NCBI GenBank assembly: GCA_012295275.1
Contig: CM022671.1
Coordinates: 14,012,001 to 14,076,000, forward strand
Direction: 5' to 3'
Origin: Chrysomallon squamiferum
Lineage: Eukaryota > Animalia > Mollusca
DNA: 64,000 nt
Both the position numbers and the translations under genes were made by a program. The notes beneath the pieces are model-generated. The model was given only the letters and a program-made list of their open reading frames with translations. It made no database searches and was not told the DNA's origin. This document shows positions 1 through 13,563 of this stretch, piece after piece. Within the stretch, counting starts at the first letter, position 1. Each line of letters starts with the position of its first letter.

Positions 1-3000
1 AACCACTGTTTAAACCAGGAGAACCAAGAATTAGACTTCTGCAATGGTTATTTGTCAAGTTAGTCGTGTTCAATTTGGCCTCTTTCTGTTCTTAAACCAT
101 TATATAATATATACATTTTGAATGTCAGTATTATAATTTAATAGCCTAAATTGGCTTGATCAGTTTTATAAGATTTGTATGCACTAAAACAAATACATCT
201 TATTTCATCTTCAAGAATTACTGAATTGATTGTAAAAGTTTAAATTTCACCATATTTATTTTGTAAATAGATAGGAATAAAAAATATTAGTTTTACATAG
301 AGATGTGACTTAGTGACTATAAACATAGTGGTGTTAACACTGTAACAATCTGCATTTCCCCAGTGTTTAAATTTAAATAAAAATATGTTATTTTTCATTT
401 TAAAATTATAATAAATGCCATTTATACAGGTTTGATGGTCAGTTAGATCAAGTTCTTGATCCTAATTATACACCAGTTGAATCCCAAAAGGATTCTAGAA
501 TTCAGAGTAGGTATTTTTAAAAGTGTATTTTCTTATAAAATATTTGAAATATTAGATCAATTACAATTTACAGTCATCTGTAATTTTTTAAAGAGATTAT
601 ATTAAAATTGATTTTTGCTTTTGAAAATAAAAGTATTGAGTGACATGTCATTTTTAGACAGATGATGCATGAAATCTGTGCTAGCGGTTCCAAATTTCGA
701 ATAAATGCAAATGAAAAATATTTTATATCAATATATATATATATAAATTGGTTTGGGTTAAAGATGTTTGTGAAATGGGTTACTATAATATTGAAAAAAG
801 GCAAAAAGTAACCATGTCATATATTAACACAGATTGTTTCCATTAACTTTCAGTTTTGAAACATTAAAAATAATATTTTATTTCCATCACATGACCTCTT
901 GAGTTTTCAGATTCTTTTCATAAATGTAGATTTTGTAACATTTATCATTCTCTTTATAGGACTTTTGTTTGTCGCCAGTACTCTTGGTCTCTGTAAATAC
1001 AATGATGTTGATCTTATCAGAGTGAGTAACCAGATAGAAATTATTTAGTTAAAAATTCTGTGGTTCTTTTTCTTGTGAAATAAAAGATAAACTCAAGAAT
1101 TGTTTATAATGGTACAACACCACTGGCCTTTTTAATGCTTTCCTCAGGTGTTTTTTTCAAGGATTGAAACATATGCAGATGACCTCTAAGAAGTATTTTG
1201 CTTATTCATTTATATACACAAACTGTAATTTTCAAAGAATAACTTTATCCTGAACATATTTATAAGTATTTTTAATTAAAATACAACATTGATTTTGACA
1301 AAAATAAATGCATTCATGTTTTTCTTACATATGCATTTTAACATTTATGTGCAGGGAGCAACATCAGTTTCGAAACAAGTGGCTTTTATGGATCAACTGT
1401 TGGACATGGTGACCATTATGGATAATGCAGAAGAAAATCAAACACAATCCTTCAGTCCAGGGATTGTCACGTTAGCAAATATTTTCTCTTTCATAATTTA
1501 CAAAAATGAATACGTAATTTATTATCTGTTTATGCAATCTTTTTATACTTTCATTAGAAGGATATTAATTATTAAAATTATCAAACATTTAAGTTTATTT
1601 TGCTGAAAACATCTGAATCAAACATGCTGTATTTGTTTTTAGCTTATCAAATAAATTTTGATCTCTTCAACTATTTTTGAACCTTAGTTTTTTTTGTAAC
1701 TTATCCATGATCGATAAAATAAACATTGTTTATATATTATGTTTATTCTTCAGTTAACTTCATGATAATATTGCTTTTATTTTTTTAAATCTGTTGTTTA
1801 TAATTAACAGACAGAAAGCAAGTTTGAATGAACAGTTCACAAATGCATGTTTGTATGTGGATCAGTTGGCTGATCAGAATCAGATACATGCAATGTTCAA
1901 ATCTAAGTTTAGTCGCTTGCCTCCAGATTTACAAAAACAAGTTGAACTTGGTTGGACAAACAAAGGCTTCACAAAGGACAAGTATGTTACTATCATTTTT
2001 CCTGAATAAAATTTAATTATGTTAAATGTGGTCAAAATACAACTGTACGTCATTCCATTTATGCTTGTTTTAATTTAGATAACAACATAAAAAGGATTCA
2101 GGCACTAACCAAACCTAGATAAAAGGAAAACTCGAATTTTCATTGGAGAACATTTATCTATCATTGTAGTCATCAAAAAGAAGGGATAGTATTAAAATTT
2201 ATATATTACATAATGCTGTTTTTAATTGTTGTTGAAGTAAGTTGGTAAAAAATTGTAATTTGCATACATTTTTATTTTTTACTTTCTAACAGACCACCAG
2301 AAGCTGACATGTCAGCCCTGGCAGAAATGGCTGACCAGATATCAAAAGATGTCAGTCGAGAAATGGAAATTCTGAATGATTTAAAAAAAAATGTAGGTAA
2401 AATTATGAATAATAATTTCATTTTTTATTTTCCTGAAAAGAGAAATGTATTTCATTAACAATTTAGAAACATTTGTTAGTTTTTTCTGTAAATTTTATTC
2501 TAGGACATAGCTGATTACATTTAAAAAAATATGATCTTTCTCAATTTGAAGATTCTGATTTGTATAATTATACATTGACTATACTAAATAAAAGGATAGC
2601 CAGTTAGCTATCTAATTCTTCACTTTACTGCCATTTTTGTTGGAACGTGTCATGTAATAATTTTGAATATTTTCCAATTTCCACATTAGAAGGCATTACA
2701 TAATTTTTATTCTTTTTATATATATATATATATATATATACATACACACAAACACATTAAAACAATTCTGTGTTGCAGTTTAAATTTCAAACGGAAGAGG
2801 AGAATGCCCAGCTTGACAAATATAGTCGAACACTGCAAATAAAATTATCTGAGATGGCTCAATTCACAGTAAGCTTCAACTACAGCTATGAGAATGAGAT
2901 GAAACATTGGTGTAACAAAACCCCTCCTGTCCTAACACATCTAGGCTCTGCTTTCAAACGAGTCTACAATTTATTACAACAGTTTGTTACAGTAAGCTTT

Positions 3001-3796
3001 CTTGGTTCTTTAAAACAATTTTTGTTTTTAGATCTCCTGCTAACTAAATGTATTAAATTTTGTACAAAATTAAATGTTTATTTTAGGTTCACAGTAAACC
3101 TTTATTATTAAATATTCAAATCATAATTTCTTTTTCCATTTCAAAATTTTTGATGTAATAAAGTAAAGCATGAAAAAGACTTCAGCTGATGTATTGTTGC
3201 TTGTTGTGAAGACTAACATCTTTATTTCTTAAACTGCAGCTTCTCAATGGAATTCAACAAATCAGACACTTGCATGAAAATCTAAATGAAGATATCAAAG
3301 AAAAGCTGGGAAAGTCCCTTATAAAAGATTACCAACAAAGTATAGGTATAAATAAGTTTAATAAATCAATAAATAGCCATGCAGTTTAACTTCATTTTAC
3401 CTTAGTGTCAGAATACCTCTATTGATTTTCTGGCGAAGCTGATCATCATGCTGTTATGAACAAAAAGAAAACATTTAATACTATAATCATTTTTGCTCAG
3501 AATTTTCAATTTAAAACATTACTGAATGGTATTCCAATAAATTTTTTTTATTAAACTCTTTATTTCCAAGTTATTTTGCTATTTAGGTTGGAGGAATCAT
3601 AATTTATTTTAAAATATACACCTTAATTATTAAAGATTTTTCACAACCATGTTACTGACTGGATTTATTTTTTTCATTCCTCACAGCATCTCAGTCGACA
3701 CTAGACAGACTGCAGCATTGCATCAGCATTCTGGATGAATACAGAAAGTGGCAGGATGTTCAACCTCCAGTGTTGTCAGCTACTGTAGAACTGTGA
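1..3796 (+). CDS. HAUS7: HAUS augmin-like complex subunit 7, 5'-partial, 9 exons visible
   Basis: Exons <1-58, 430-506, 960-1021, 1355-1470, 1811-1981, 2293-2392, 2779-2991, 3240-3345, 3687-3796 (TGA 3794-3796). All junctions are GT-AG and phases are consistent. The protein PLFKPGEPRIRLLQWLF...LGLCKYNDVDLIRG...KQVAFMDQLLD...LPPDL...FNYSYENEMKHWC resembles HAUS7 (human KQLHFMDQLLD). Confidence 0.8.
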
Positions 3797-5281
3797 AGAA
3801 AAATTTTACCAGTATTTTTTCATCATGGAATCTCAAATTCAGCACCAAACGCTTCAAACATACATCTGACAATGCAGTAACAAATAAATGAAGGAATTTC
3901 ACAGAATACTAATATTTCCTGTTCAAACTGCTGATACAATAAATAAATAACTCGTATTTGCCAAAGAAGCAATTTGTCCATTCTTTTCTGCAGAAATTAA
4001 AGTTGTCACAATCAAAATATGACTGCACAAGTTATATGAAGGCTGAGTAAACAGTAACCGTACAAAAGTTTGTTTCATGTTTTGAAAAATGTATAATGTT
4101 ATAAAGGATCATAACATATGAATCAATAATTTTTTTCTCTCAAATACAAAATTAACTTGTTACACTGTTTTTATGTGATTGGTATTTTAGCTGTTATATC
4201 CAGAAAATGATTTCTTTATAATGACAGGATTAAAACCTTTGCTACCAACATTGGTTGATGACATAGAATTCCTTTTGATTGAACAGCTGTTTCTGTAAAA
4301 TATGTTTTCCCCTTTTCATCTTCATGATTTCAATTTATGGCTGGTAGATCAATTTTGATGGGATTGTGATTTTAGAATTCTGTAACATTCTATGAAAACT
4401 GATATATCCCACAGACTGCAATGCCAAATATTGGTAGCTGTGTATGAAATGAACGAAAATATGATATCCATCTTCGTGAATATTTTTTATTTATTTTCTG
4501 TATCAATCAAACTATGTTAATGAACATATTCATTATATTGATGATTCAGATGTTTCATGTTACTGGATACTACTAATTATTGAGCAAATCTGCTTTCAAA
4601 TTGTTTAGCCGTATTTTAAAAATGTATTTATGAATATATTCTTTTGTTTGAGACTTTATCATTAACAATTATATCTAATAATTTGTGTCACACAAAATAA
4701 TCCTGAAAATAATCTGAGTGGCAAAAACATGTTGCTGATTAATCAAGTTAAATAGATATATACTACAAGTGCTAACTGAACTTACAAAACATGTTACCTG
4801 GTCTAAAGGATGTCCACTTTGATACTATGATCAAGACCGTCCACAGAAGTGGACAAGATGTGAACACCCAGACCTCATGTTTCTGAAAAATAAAACATCA
4901 TTAGTTAACAAAAATCAAATACAAACACATTTGGCATTTAAACAACATATTTATAAATATAAGTGTATTTACAAGAATATATTTCACTATCTGTACAAAA
5001 AGTTAAAGGAATGTTATTTTTCCCTTTTAAATAAAATCTCCAGATAATGTTAATTTGTTTTTTCTTTTCATTCAAACATTTCAAGAAAAATAGTTTCAGA
5101 CATCATTAAAAACCAGTTACATTGAAAAGCATCAGTGTTCAACCTTTAAATCTTTGCTGCTGAATTCTTTTTTAAAGTATTAATGTAATTTGTGTCTAAT
5201 CCTCACCATTATGAAATTTTTCTATTTATTTCTTCAACTTTAAGAAATATATATAGTTTAAAATTATATCTAATGAATGTA

Positions 5282-6064
5282 TCAAAAGCTAACTCTTGTC
5301 ATCACTTTGACAGAACTATTTTCCTTTCTTAGAGACTGCAATTCTTGAAACAGATCAGACATATTTATGTTTTGTGAAGTTTCTTCTTTTTCAATTTGTT
5401 TACAAGAAATTTTGTTAATTTTTGACAATTTTTTTTCCATTTCCATAACTTTATTCTCCATGTCTATAATTTTTTCAACTAAATTTTCTCTTGACAAACG
5501 AGAAAGTTCTTCAGATCTTGCATTGTGGTAATAGTTTTCAAAATCATTAGCCATAAAGACTAAAGTGCTATCGATTTGAAATTTATCTGCATCCAAATCT
5601 GTATCAGAATTTGCAGAGAAACATTCCCGTTTCGGCGAATATAAAAAATCAGATTCACTCTTTTTAGATGTATTTTCTTCATCTCGACAACAGTAAAAAT
5701 CACTTTGCAGTTCAGAATATTCAGATAAACTGTGATCGTGATTAAATTCACATTCATGATCATCCATTATGAACTGGGTTGAATTATGGGGTGCTTTTGG
5801 GCTGTATCTTGGTCGGATATATATCTGATTTTGTCCTTTTATCTTTTTGCTTTGATTATACGGAGAATGGAATCTTACGCGGTTTATATCTACTGTGCGA
5901 TTTTTACTTTGTTCACCTTGCATCTCAACTGGTGAATTTAACAGAATGTCGAGAGCGCCATTTCCACAGTCTTCGGACCAAGACCTACCGCGTGTTCGAC
6001 GACCACTTTTCTTTCCTCGTCTGGTTTTCTTCAGTTTCCGATCGCTTTCCAACTCCATAAGCAT
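5282..6064 (-). CDS. HEXIM1: HEXIM P-TEFb inhibitor / 7SK-binding protein, 260-aa single-exon ORF
   Basis: Basic ARM-like tract KKTRRGKKSGRR, PYNT-equivalent motif PKAPHNSTQFIMDDH, acidic region, and a C-terminal cyclin-T-binding coiled coil (DFENYY...EELSRLSRENLV...ELQSLRKEN). ATG at 6064. Confidence 0.9.
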   Translation of the reverse strand: MLMELESDRKLKKTRRGKKSGRRTRGRSWSEDCGNGALDILLNSPVEMQGEQSKNRTVDINRVRFHSPYNQSKKIKGQNQIYIRPRYSPKAPHNSTQFIMDDHECEFNHDHSLSEYSELQSDFYCCRDEENTSKKSESDFLYSPKRECFSANSDTDLDADKFQIDSTLVFMANDFENYYHNARSEELSRLSRENLVEKIIDMENKVMEMEKKLSKINKISCKQIEKEETSQNINMSDLFQELQSLRKENSSVKVMTRVSF

Positions 6065-6174
6065 TCTGATCTTTTAACTAACACAGATCTAAATTTAAAA
6101 ATAAATAAATCAATAAAGACAAATTCAAACACAACTTCCTCTGCTCTCTATTTCATATGGACTAACAATAATAA

Positions 6175-6280
6175 TGCAACGTCACATCTATTTATGACAA
6201 CAAGATCGTTCCTACAACGTTTCCTGACGTATGGCTGACGCGTATCCAATCAAAATCGAGAACGATGTCATGTGACCTAT
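6175..6280 (-). promoter_or_regulatory. Putative HEXIM proximal promoter
   Basis: Locally CpG-rich stretch with several TGACG/CRE-like half sites (ACGTCA, TGACGT, TGACGC) and a CCAAT motif, about 110-220 bp upstream of the HEXIM ATG. Confidence 0.4.
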
Positions 6281-6687
6281 TAACTCTCCCAACAAATGGA
6301 ATAGACCTAACTACACAACAGTTACTATTTGCAACTCTCAACGAGAGAGAGAGAGAGAATAATAATTATCATCTGTGAAAACGTGTATGGTACAAAATCA
6401 GCAATGAAACTTAAAGTTTGTAAATTTAGAAGTATTTTATTCTTACCGATATCCAGTATACTCATATCTATCTATCTATATTAGTATATATATATATGGA
6501 TACATTACGATTACCAATAATAATTTTACTCAATAAAGAAAATAACAACAATTATTATTAAATACTTTCGATTGTATTAATTTCATTATTTTAAACAGTA
6601 AAATATACTAAATTATAAATAACAAGATTTTCTGAATTATTATTTATTTATTTATTTATTTTGTTCCTGCAAACCATTTAAAATAAC

Positions 6688-7174
6688 TAGCAAGGTCATG
6701 TGAATCTCAATTTTGCGATCGAATCGAATTTCAAATACCTTGGAGAATAATCAAGTGTATCAGATGCAGTTCATAAAGGAATATTCAACTCAGTAAAGGA
6801 AATTAGAAGAACTATAATAAATATCCTCTGCACTGGGTATACGTACGTAATGTTGATTAACATGACTGTACAAGGTTAATATAAAAATAATGAGCAGATG
6901 ACAAGCAAACCAAAAGAATACACATGGTAACAGTATTATCTGGTTAATCTATTATTTATACAGATTTTATTTTAAAATGTAAGGTTTTAATTTTTTTTTT
7001 AAATTTTTCCTATTTTGTTTATAGTTTATAAATGCTAACGGTTAGTCATATATATTTTTTGTTCTCTTATCTGAACTGTCCGTACAACTGTAATATTCGA
7101 AATCACAAAAATCTAATCGTATCTTTGTGACGATTTCGAATCGAATGGAATATTGGAAATTGTGCATAGCTCTA
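6688..7174. mobile_element. Possible degenerate hAT-type MITE remnant
   Basis: TCGAAT/TTCGA repeats cluster near both ends (6718-6735 and 7096-7146), and the right end reads ...TGTGCATAGCTCTA. No clear TSD. Confidence 0.2.
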
Positions 7175-7425
7175 ATAAATGATAAATGTGTATTAATATA
7201 CTCTATATGTTAGTATAAGTATAAAAATCTCTTGTAACATGAAAAAGGAGGATTCGGGCATTTTAAAATTCATAATCTGATTTCATTAATGCAGCATATA
7301 TTAATAAATGTGTATTATTTATTTCAATATATTTATTAATTTACATTTAATTTTTGTTTCTAGCAATGCATGTTTTAAAGACAGAGGAGGTATTTATTTA
7401 CTCGAGAAAAGATGCATTGTTTTGA

Positions 7426-7466
<41 letters not shown>

Positions 7467-7887
7467 GTGATTTATTTACTTATTTATTTTATTTTATTAT
7501 TATACATATATATATATATATATTGTTGCTAAAAAGGAAAGGTTTACTTATCAAGGATTCCTGAAAAAAAACTGCATACTATATTTAAACTTGATTACAG
7601 TTATGGTTGACATAATATTATATATATACACATTTTTCAGTTAAACTACTAGTGAAAAATATTTGATTTATGTTTCATAAATAAATTGTCTGATTCATAT
7701 TTATAAATTAGTTTAATTAACTAAATCAAATTAATATTAAGAGATATATTCTTCAACTGGTTCAGAACGATTGTTTAACTAATATTTTACATAAGATACC
7801 AGTTAAGAAATTCAATGTTTTTGTAGCTGTGGCGATCTAAAAATAGATCAGTGGGTGCAATCACGTTGCACTGCGCCGTATCTTACA

Positions 7888-8016
7888 ATGTCTATTTGTT
7901 GCTGTCATATTTCTCTTTTTCCAACAATCTGTTACCATTCAGATTTATATATATGTGGTTTTGGGGTTTTAGGTAAACATAGAACTAATTGGAGATTTAG
8001 AAAAAACGGGAAATAA
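7888..8016 (+). other. Upstream ORF of 42 aa in the IFRD 5' leader; its stop overlaps the main ATG (TAATG)
   Basis: ATG 7888-7890 in ACAATG context, open for 42 codons (MSICCCHISLFPTICYHSDLYICGFGVLGKHRTNWRFRKNGK). TAA 8014-8016 shares its last A with the IFRD ATG 8016-8018. Confidence 0.7.
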
Positions 8017-8640
8017 TGCCGAAGAACAGGAAAAGGGGTAAGTAATGACTAATGTGGCAGCCATAGGTTAACAGCATAAGCTTAGTTCCCATCACAAAAT
8101 GTAGACGGCGCGGGAAGACACGGGACAGAAACGTGTTAAAATCCACTTCATTACCATATGTGACAAATAAGCAGATTCACGTCAATGTTATATTAATTAA
8201 ATTCCTCCATTGCTTATAACATTATGAGTAAATATCAGTTGAAAATCGAGTAGAAGTACTCATTAAAATAATAATTAAATTTTAATAGTATTATTTAGAA
8301 ACCCTATTTTAGTATTTAGTAAATTAACATTTACTTTAGGCAGATCGAAACTGGACGTAACTGTAACACTAAAACTTGTAACAGAATTACAGTGCCACAT
8401 TGTATAAATAAATATAAAAGTACATCATACTAGTATGATGAGGATTTGATGTTTCAATGATCTAGTGTAAGTGTTGAAGAGATAATGCTCGTTACATTTT
8501 AAGTCAAAATGTGAAAGATGCTTCATTATTAATTATTTTATGTTTAAAGATTACTAGCTTAGTTGCTATGGTTCTATAAATAAATACTTGAGTTAATATT
8601 ATTTTTATCAGAACAAAATCAACTTATAAATTAGTGATAT

Positions 8641-8672
<32 letters not shown>

Positions 8673-11600
8673 CAAAATAATATATAATAATATACATGAA
8701 CATTACAGTAATTTCAGTAATTTTTTAATTTATTTATATATTAAATGGCAGTTAAATAACAATTTTTGGATGGTATTACTATTAGCTTTTAGCATTTCAT
8801 GACAGCATTTTAACAGACCTTGATAGATAAAAACATTTTTTTATTACTTATGGGACATATTTTAGTGTATAATATCAGCCTTCTAATTTAGAAATTCAGA
8901 TGTAAATTAATTACATTGTAAAATAGGTTTTAGTGATTTAAATTTTTAAATTTAGTAAACTAAATCATTATTATTGTTAATTTTTGAAAATATTTTTGTT
9001 TTATAAGTTATTTTTATATTTTTATTTTGTTTAATATGAATTGTTTCAGGTGGACAAAAGGGATCGGATCGCTTAGCCCGTCTAGCATCTCAGCCCCCAA
9101 CTGATGATGAAAATGACACTGCTGACAACTGGAGCACTGCTAGTGTTTTGTCAGATGATGTTAGCAGTCTGCCTGAATCTGGTCAGCTGTTAAAATATTT
9201 AAACAGTTAATAGAAATTTAGATATAAGTAATTTATAAGTAGGTAAAAGTAAGAAATAAATATAAATTTCCTAATTTAATTTTTTAATGAAATGTATGTT
9301 TTTCTGACAGGCTAATGTAGAAAATAATCTTTTAATTAAAATCATTAGTTTTACCTAATTGAACATAGTTTGAGAATTCTTTTGATCTCGTAAGATCATT
9401 TTGATTGTTGTGCTAGTGGATCATAATTTTTGATTTTGAGCTAAAAATAATTTTTTATTTCAATTTATATTTCATTTGTGAATTAAAGATACCATTTATA
9501 TGGTTAACACATGATGTATTTTTCTTCTCTAGTGACAGCACTTATATTTTGGAAACATATTTTATTTGTACCTGCATTGTTTTTTATTTTTTACTTTATT
9601 CTTTGAATATTGATAATGTAATTCACCAATAATATTCTTTTCTTTAAAAACCCAAAACAAATATTATTAATAAAAACAAAAATTAAAGAACTAATAAGTA
9701 AATTGAATTAATAATAATAATAAGTAAATGCATAAATAAATAACTTTTTATATTTTATTTTTAAACCTGAAGGGGATTCAGAGGCAGTTGATGAATCGAG
9801 TGTGCAAGAAGATTTTGAGGATAAATTGAAAGAATGCATTGAAGGAACATCTCAGAAAAGGTTAGATTTATTAAAAAAAACTTATTTACCTTATATTTTT
9901 CACATAATCTCATAAAGAACATATGCTTATGGAATAATTATTAACTTTTTTACCATTTTGTATACTCTCTATTTTACATTCTTTTTTCTTTAAATCTTTT
10001 ATTTATTTATTTATTTTGCTTGTTTGTTTCTTTGGAGAATGAAAATTCAGGCCATCTGAAATGGACAGTAGCCATAAATGATTTGTTTACTGTATATAAA
10101 AACAATTTGTTTTAAGAATGTAAAATAAAAGTTAAAAACTGAAAAATAGATGGAATATTAACAAGTACACTGTATCTTTTCAATGCGATAAAACAAAAAG
10201 CAAACTACATTTTAGAAATAATGTTTTCATTTACTTTTTTACTTGATTTTCAGTGCTCAAGGCAGGAAAGCCTCTTTAGAAGGAATACAGAATGTATTCA
10301 GTAAAAAATACGTGGTAGATTTTTTGTCAGACAGGTATATAGTTTAATACTACAACATTTCGATTTTAAATGGCCCTTATTATTGTTATAGCAAGTGTTA
10401 CGCTATTAATTTCTAGTTTCTCAGCTCTCGTTGATAAAATTTTACAGTTAGTGAGTCCACATATAGGTTATCTAAATTTAATTTGTAGAACCTCTGGCAG
10501 TATAATTGCACAATAATTCTGAACTGTTTATTTTTATTTAGTAAACGATATCTCATAATAATTTATTTTCCAGAAAAGTTTCTGATTATATATATTTAAA
10601 ACTAGATAGTAAAAACACTGAATTTAATAACATTAAATTTTTAGGCAACAATATATATATATATATATTTCTTGAAATAAACCCCCCAAAAACAAACAGT
10701 TTCAGCATGCAGCCAACTATAAAGCTTTTTAAAATACAAATGAAAAAACAACAAATATAAAACAAAGGCATATCATTAAACCAGTTTGATTACATCTTAA
10801 CAAATATTATCAATACTTTTATAGAAAAGAAACACTGGCTGACTGCTTGGCACGATGCCTAAAGAAGGGGAAGGGTGACGAACAAGCTTTAGCAGCTAGC
10901 TGCATCAGTCTTCTCATTATACAGCTGGGACAAGATGCAGAGAGTATTTTTGCTGACTTAAGGCCTTCTATGTTAACCCTTATGGCTGATAACTCAGTTT
11001 CCTTAAAAGCTAGAAGCAAGGTTTGTTTAAAAAGCAACTTTTATATGTGCATACATTCTTCTTGTTCACACAGCCATTCCTATCCATTGTAAAATTATTC
11101 TTTGAATGTTTGAAAAAGCAATTCTTATATGTGCATACATTCTTGTTCACATAGCCAAGGTTGATTAGCAGATGTAGCAAAATGCAGGGTATCACGATTT
11201 TGTCTGTAGCCTTTGGTATTTGTTTTGTATAGAGGTATAGTTTTGTTGTTGAAGTTTACTTTTCTTACTGGCATATGAGCAAATCAGTAAAAAGTTTGGC
11301 TTCTTATGAAATTTAGAGTCACTGTCCAAGGAACAACTGTCAAAATTGGCAATGGCTGTCATTAACAAGTATCCTAATGATTTGGTCAGTCTGGCAAATG
11401 CTGTTTTGCAGTTTGTGTAGTTTGACAAGCAGGCTGTGACAACTGATTTGAGTGCACATAGCCATTAATTATCTGTTGTAGCAATTTCTGTGAATATCTT
11501 TGCAAATGTAACATTACATTACAGATAGCTAAAATATTTATTATTTCTAATTACATAATAAATGTTTGAATTTAAATGTTTCATTCTGATTTTTCAGTGT

Positions 11601-13527
11601 GCTACAGCTCTTGCCATTTGCTCGTTTCTTGCTTGTGATGATATTGAGGTTTGTAATCTAACATTTAAACACTGGAGTCCTAATTTTCTAAGCATCATTA
11701 GTTACATGTACCTAGACAAAGGTACACAAAAACTTTTAGTTATTATTCTAATGATGATGATGATTTTAATTCTTATTATAAAATATGTTATTTATTATTC
11801 ATGTAAAGAATATTATAATTGTTGTTAATTAATTAATCCAGTAATACAGTCAGAAACTATCAAATCTGTTCATAGTGTCATATTTTTTGAAAAATTATTA
11901 GTTGTGATTTTTACCCATTTTCTTTCTCTGTTTTTCAGAAAACAAAAGAGGTGATGAAATCATTAGAAGATATATTTAAATACTCATATCAAAAGGGAGA
12001 TAAGTCTATTCCTACTCACTCTCCAGAAATTTGCAATTTTCATTCCCATGCTGTTTCAGCTTGGTGTCTGTTGTTATCAGTAGCTCCTCCCTTCATTGCC
12101 CAAGAGCTGGTGAAAAGGTAAAAACAGATTTAAATTCTTTTTTGACTACCTATATTGGTTTAAATGTCCTCTTTTCAAAATCTGATTTATAAAAATAGAT
12201 TTGTTTCCTGTTTTTATTACAAATATTAAAAACAGAATCATTTTAGGCTTTGTGTATAGGCCAAAATTCCCACAGAAGTAGCAAAAAATCATTTCCTTAC
12301 TTATTTGTTAAATTTTTTTTTATTATTTCCTTTTATTTATAAAATATAAAATAACATTTTCTATCACGCATGATTGTAAACAGTAACATTTTGAATTAAC
12401 TGAAATAAAAAACCATAAATTTATTGGGTTTTTTAAATGTTTGATTTTAAGACACATTAGTAAGATGCCTGATCTTTTGAAAAACCAAGATTTGGAACTG
12501 CGAATTTCAGGAGGAGAAGCCATTGCTTTGATGTTTGAATTGGGTCGAGAGGAAGATGAGGTATACTTCTTTATTGAAATACTGATTGTGATAATTTATT
12601 GAAAATTGCATGATGGAGGGTTTTTGTTTGTTTGTTGTTGTTTGTTTTTTTACTAGATTATACTGTTTCTGGCTTTATTCGTACAATGCGTTTGTTCAAT
12701 AGATTTCATTTTAGTCATTAACAATCTTGAAATCATATTAATTTACTGTAATTGTTAGTGAAATAATCATACCTGTATATAAGAATTGTAAATGCCCCTA
12801 GTTTAATAACAAGAAATAATTGTGGGGAATAAAAAAATAAAACATTAAAAGATTGAGATAGTATGCATGAGATAGTTTTATTGCTATTATAGCATGCAAA
12901 TACTATTTATATTTATAATGTTTCTAATATAATTTGCCTTGGAAAAAGGTTTACTCCATATATTTTTGAAATTTCTGATAGCAGTTTACATTAATTTGTC
13001 CTTGTGGTTTTATCAACAGTAGTTGTTTATTGTAGGATTTTGAGGGCAGTAATGTGACAGAACTATGTGAATTGCTAAAACAATTGGCAACAGATTCTCA
13101 CAAGTACAGAGCAAAAAAAGACAGACGCCAGCAACGATCCAGTTTTAGGGACATTCTTCGATCAATAGAGGTACTCAGAACACACCTTAAAATTATAATA
13201 ATTAATACTGGAACAAACATTTCATATTTATTTTTTGCATCTATGTGAATGTGAGTGAGTGTGTAAAAGAAAAAATATTAATTTAGTATGGACCTGTACA
13301 AATTATTGGCTTGTACTATTTATTAGGTGACTACTTTCTTATGATGTCTAGTGTATTTGAATGTGTTTTTTTTTTTTTTTTTTTTTTTGTGTATGTGTTT
13401 TAGCAGATGCTGGTGGTTTATAAATATGAGTTACTGAATACATTTTAAATATGAAGAATCTTTATTTGTAGTGACAAATTAGTTTTAAAATTTATTACTA
13501 CTTAGGAATAATTAAATATTATTATTA

Positions 13528-13563
<36 letters not shown>

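Noticed and set aside
5560-6077. Overlapping and antisense ORFs on HEXIM (likewise 17793-18104, 20990-21253 and 31245-31511)
   Set aside because: Shadow frames of real coding exons with no recognisable motifs.
7308-7532. Poly-Tyr/Ile and YI-repeat ORFs (also 15158, 17471, 44682, 52284, 52774 and 56017)
   Set aside because: Translations of (ATT)n, (TA)n and (TG)n microsatellites.
7825-7880. 7SK RNA gene near HEXIM (GGCGATCT...GATC)
   Set aside because: No extended 5' hairpin, no Pol III terminator arrangement and no PSE/TATA. It is better explained as IFRD promoter or leader sequence.
8423-8520. C/D snoRNA in IFRD intron 1 (ATGATGA)
   Set aside because: The motif is half of a short perfect palindrome (CATCATACTAGTATGATG). 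No D box or rRNA antisense element follows.
12561-13035. U12-type intron in IFRD (donor GTATACTT)
   Set aside because: The donor deviates from GTATCCTT at a key position, and no TCCTTAAC-like branch site lies near the acceptor.
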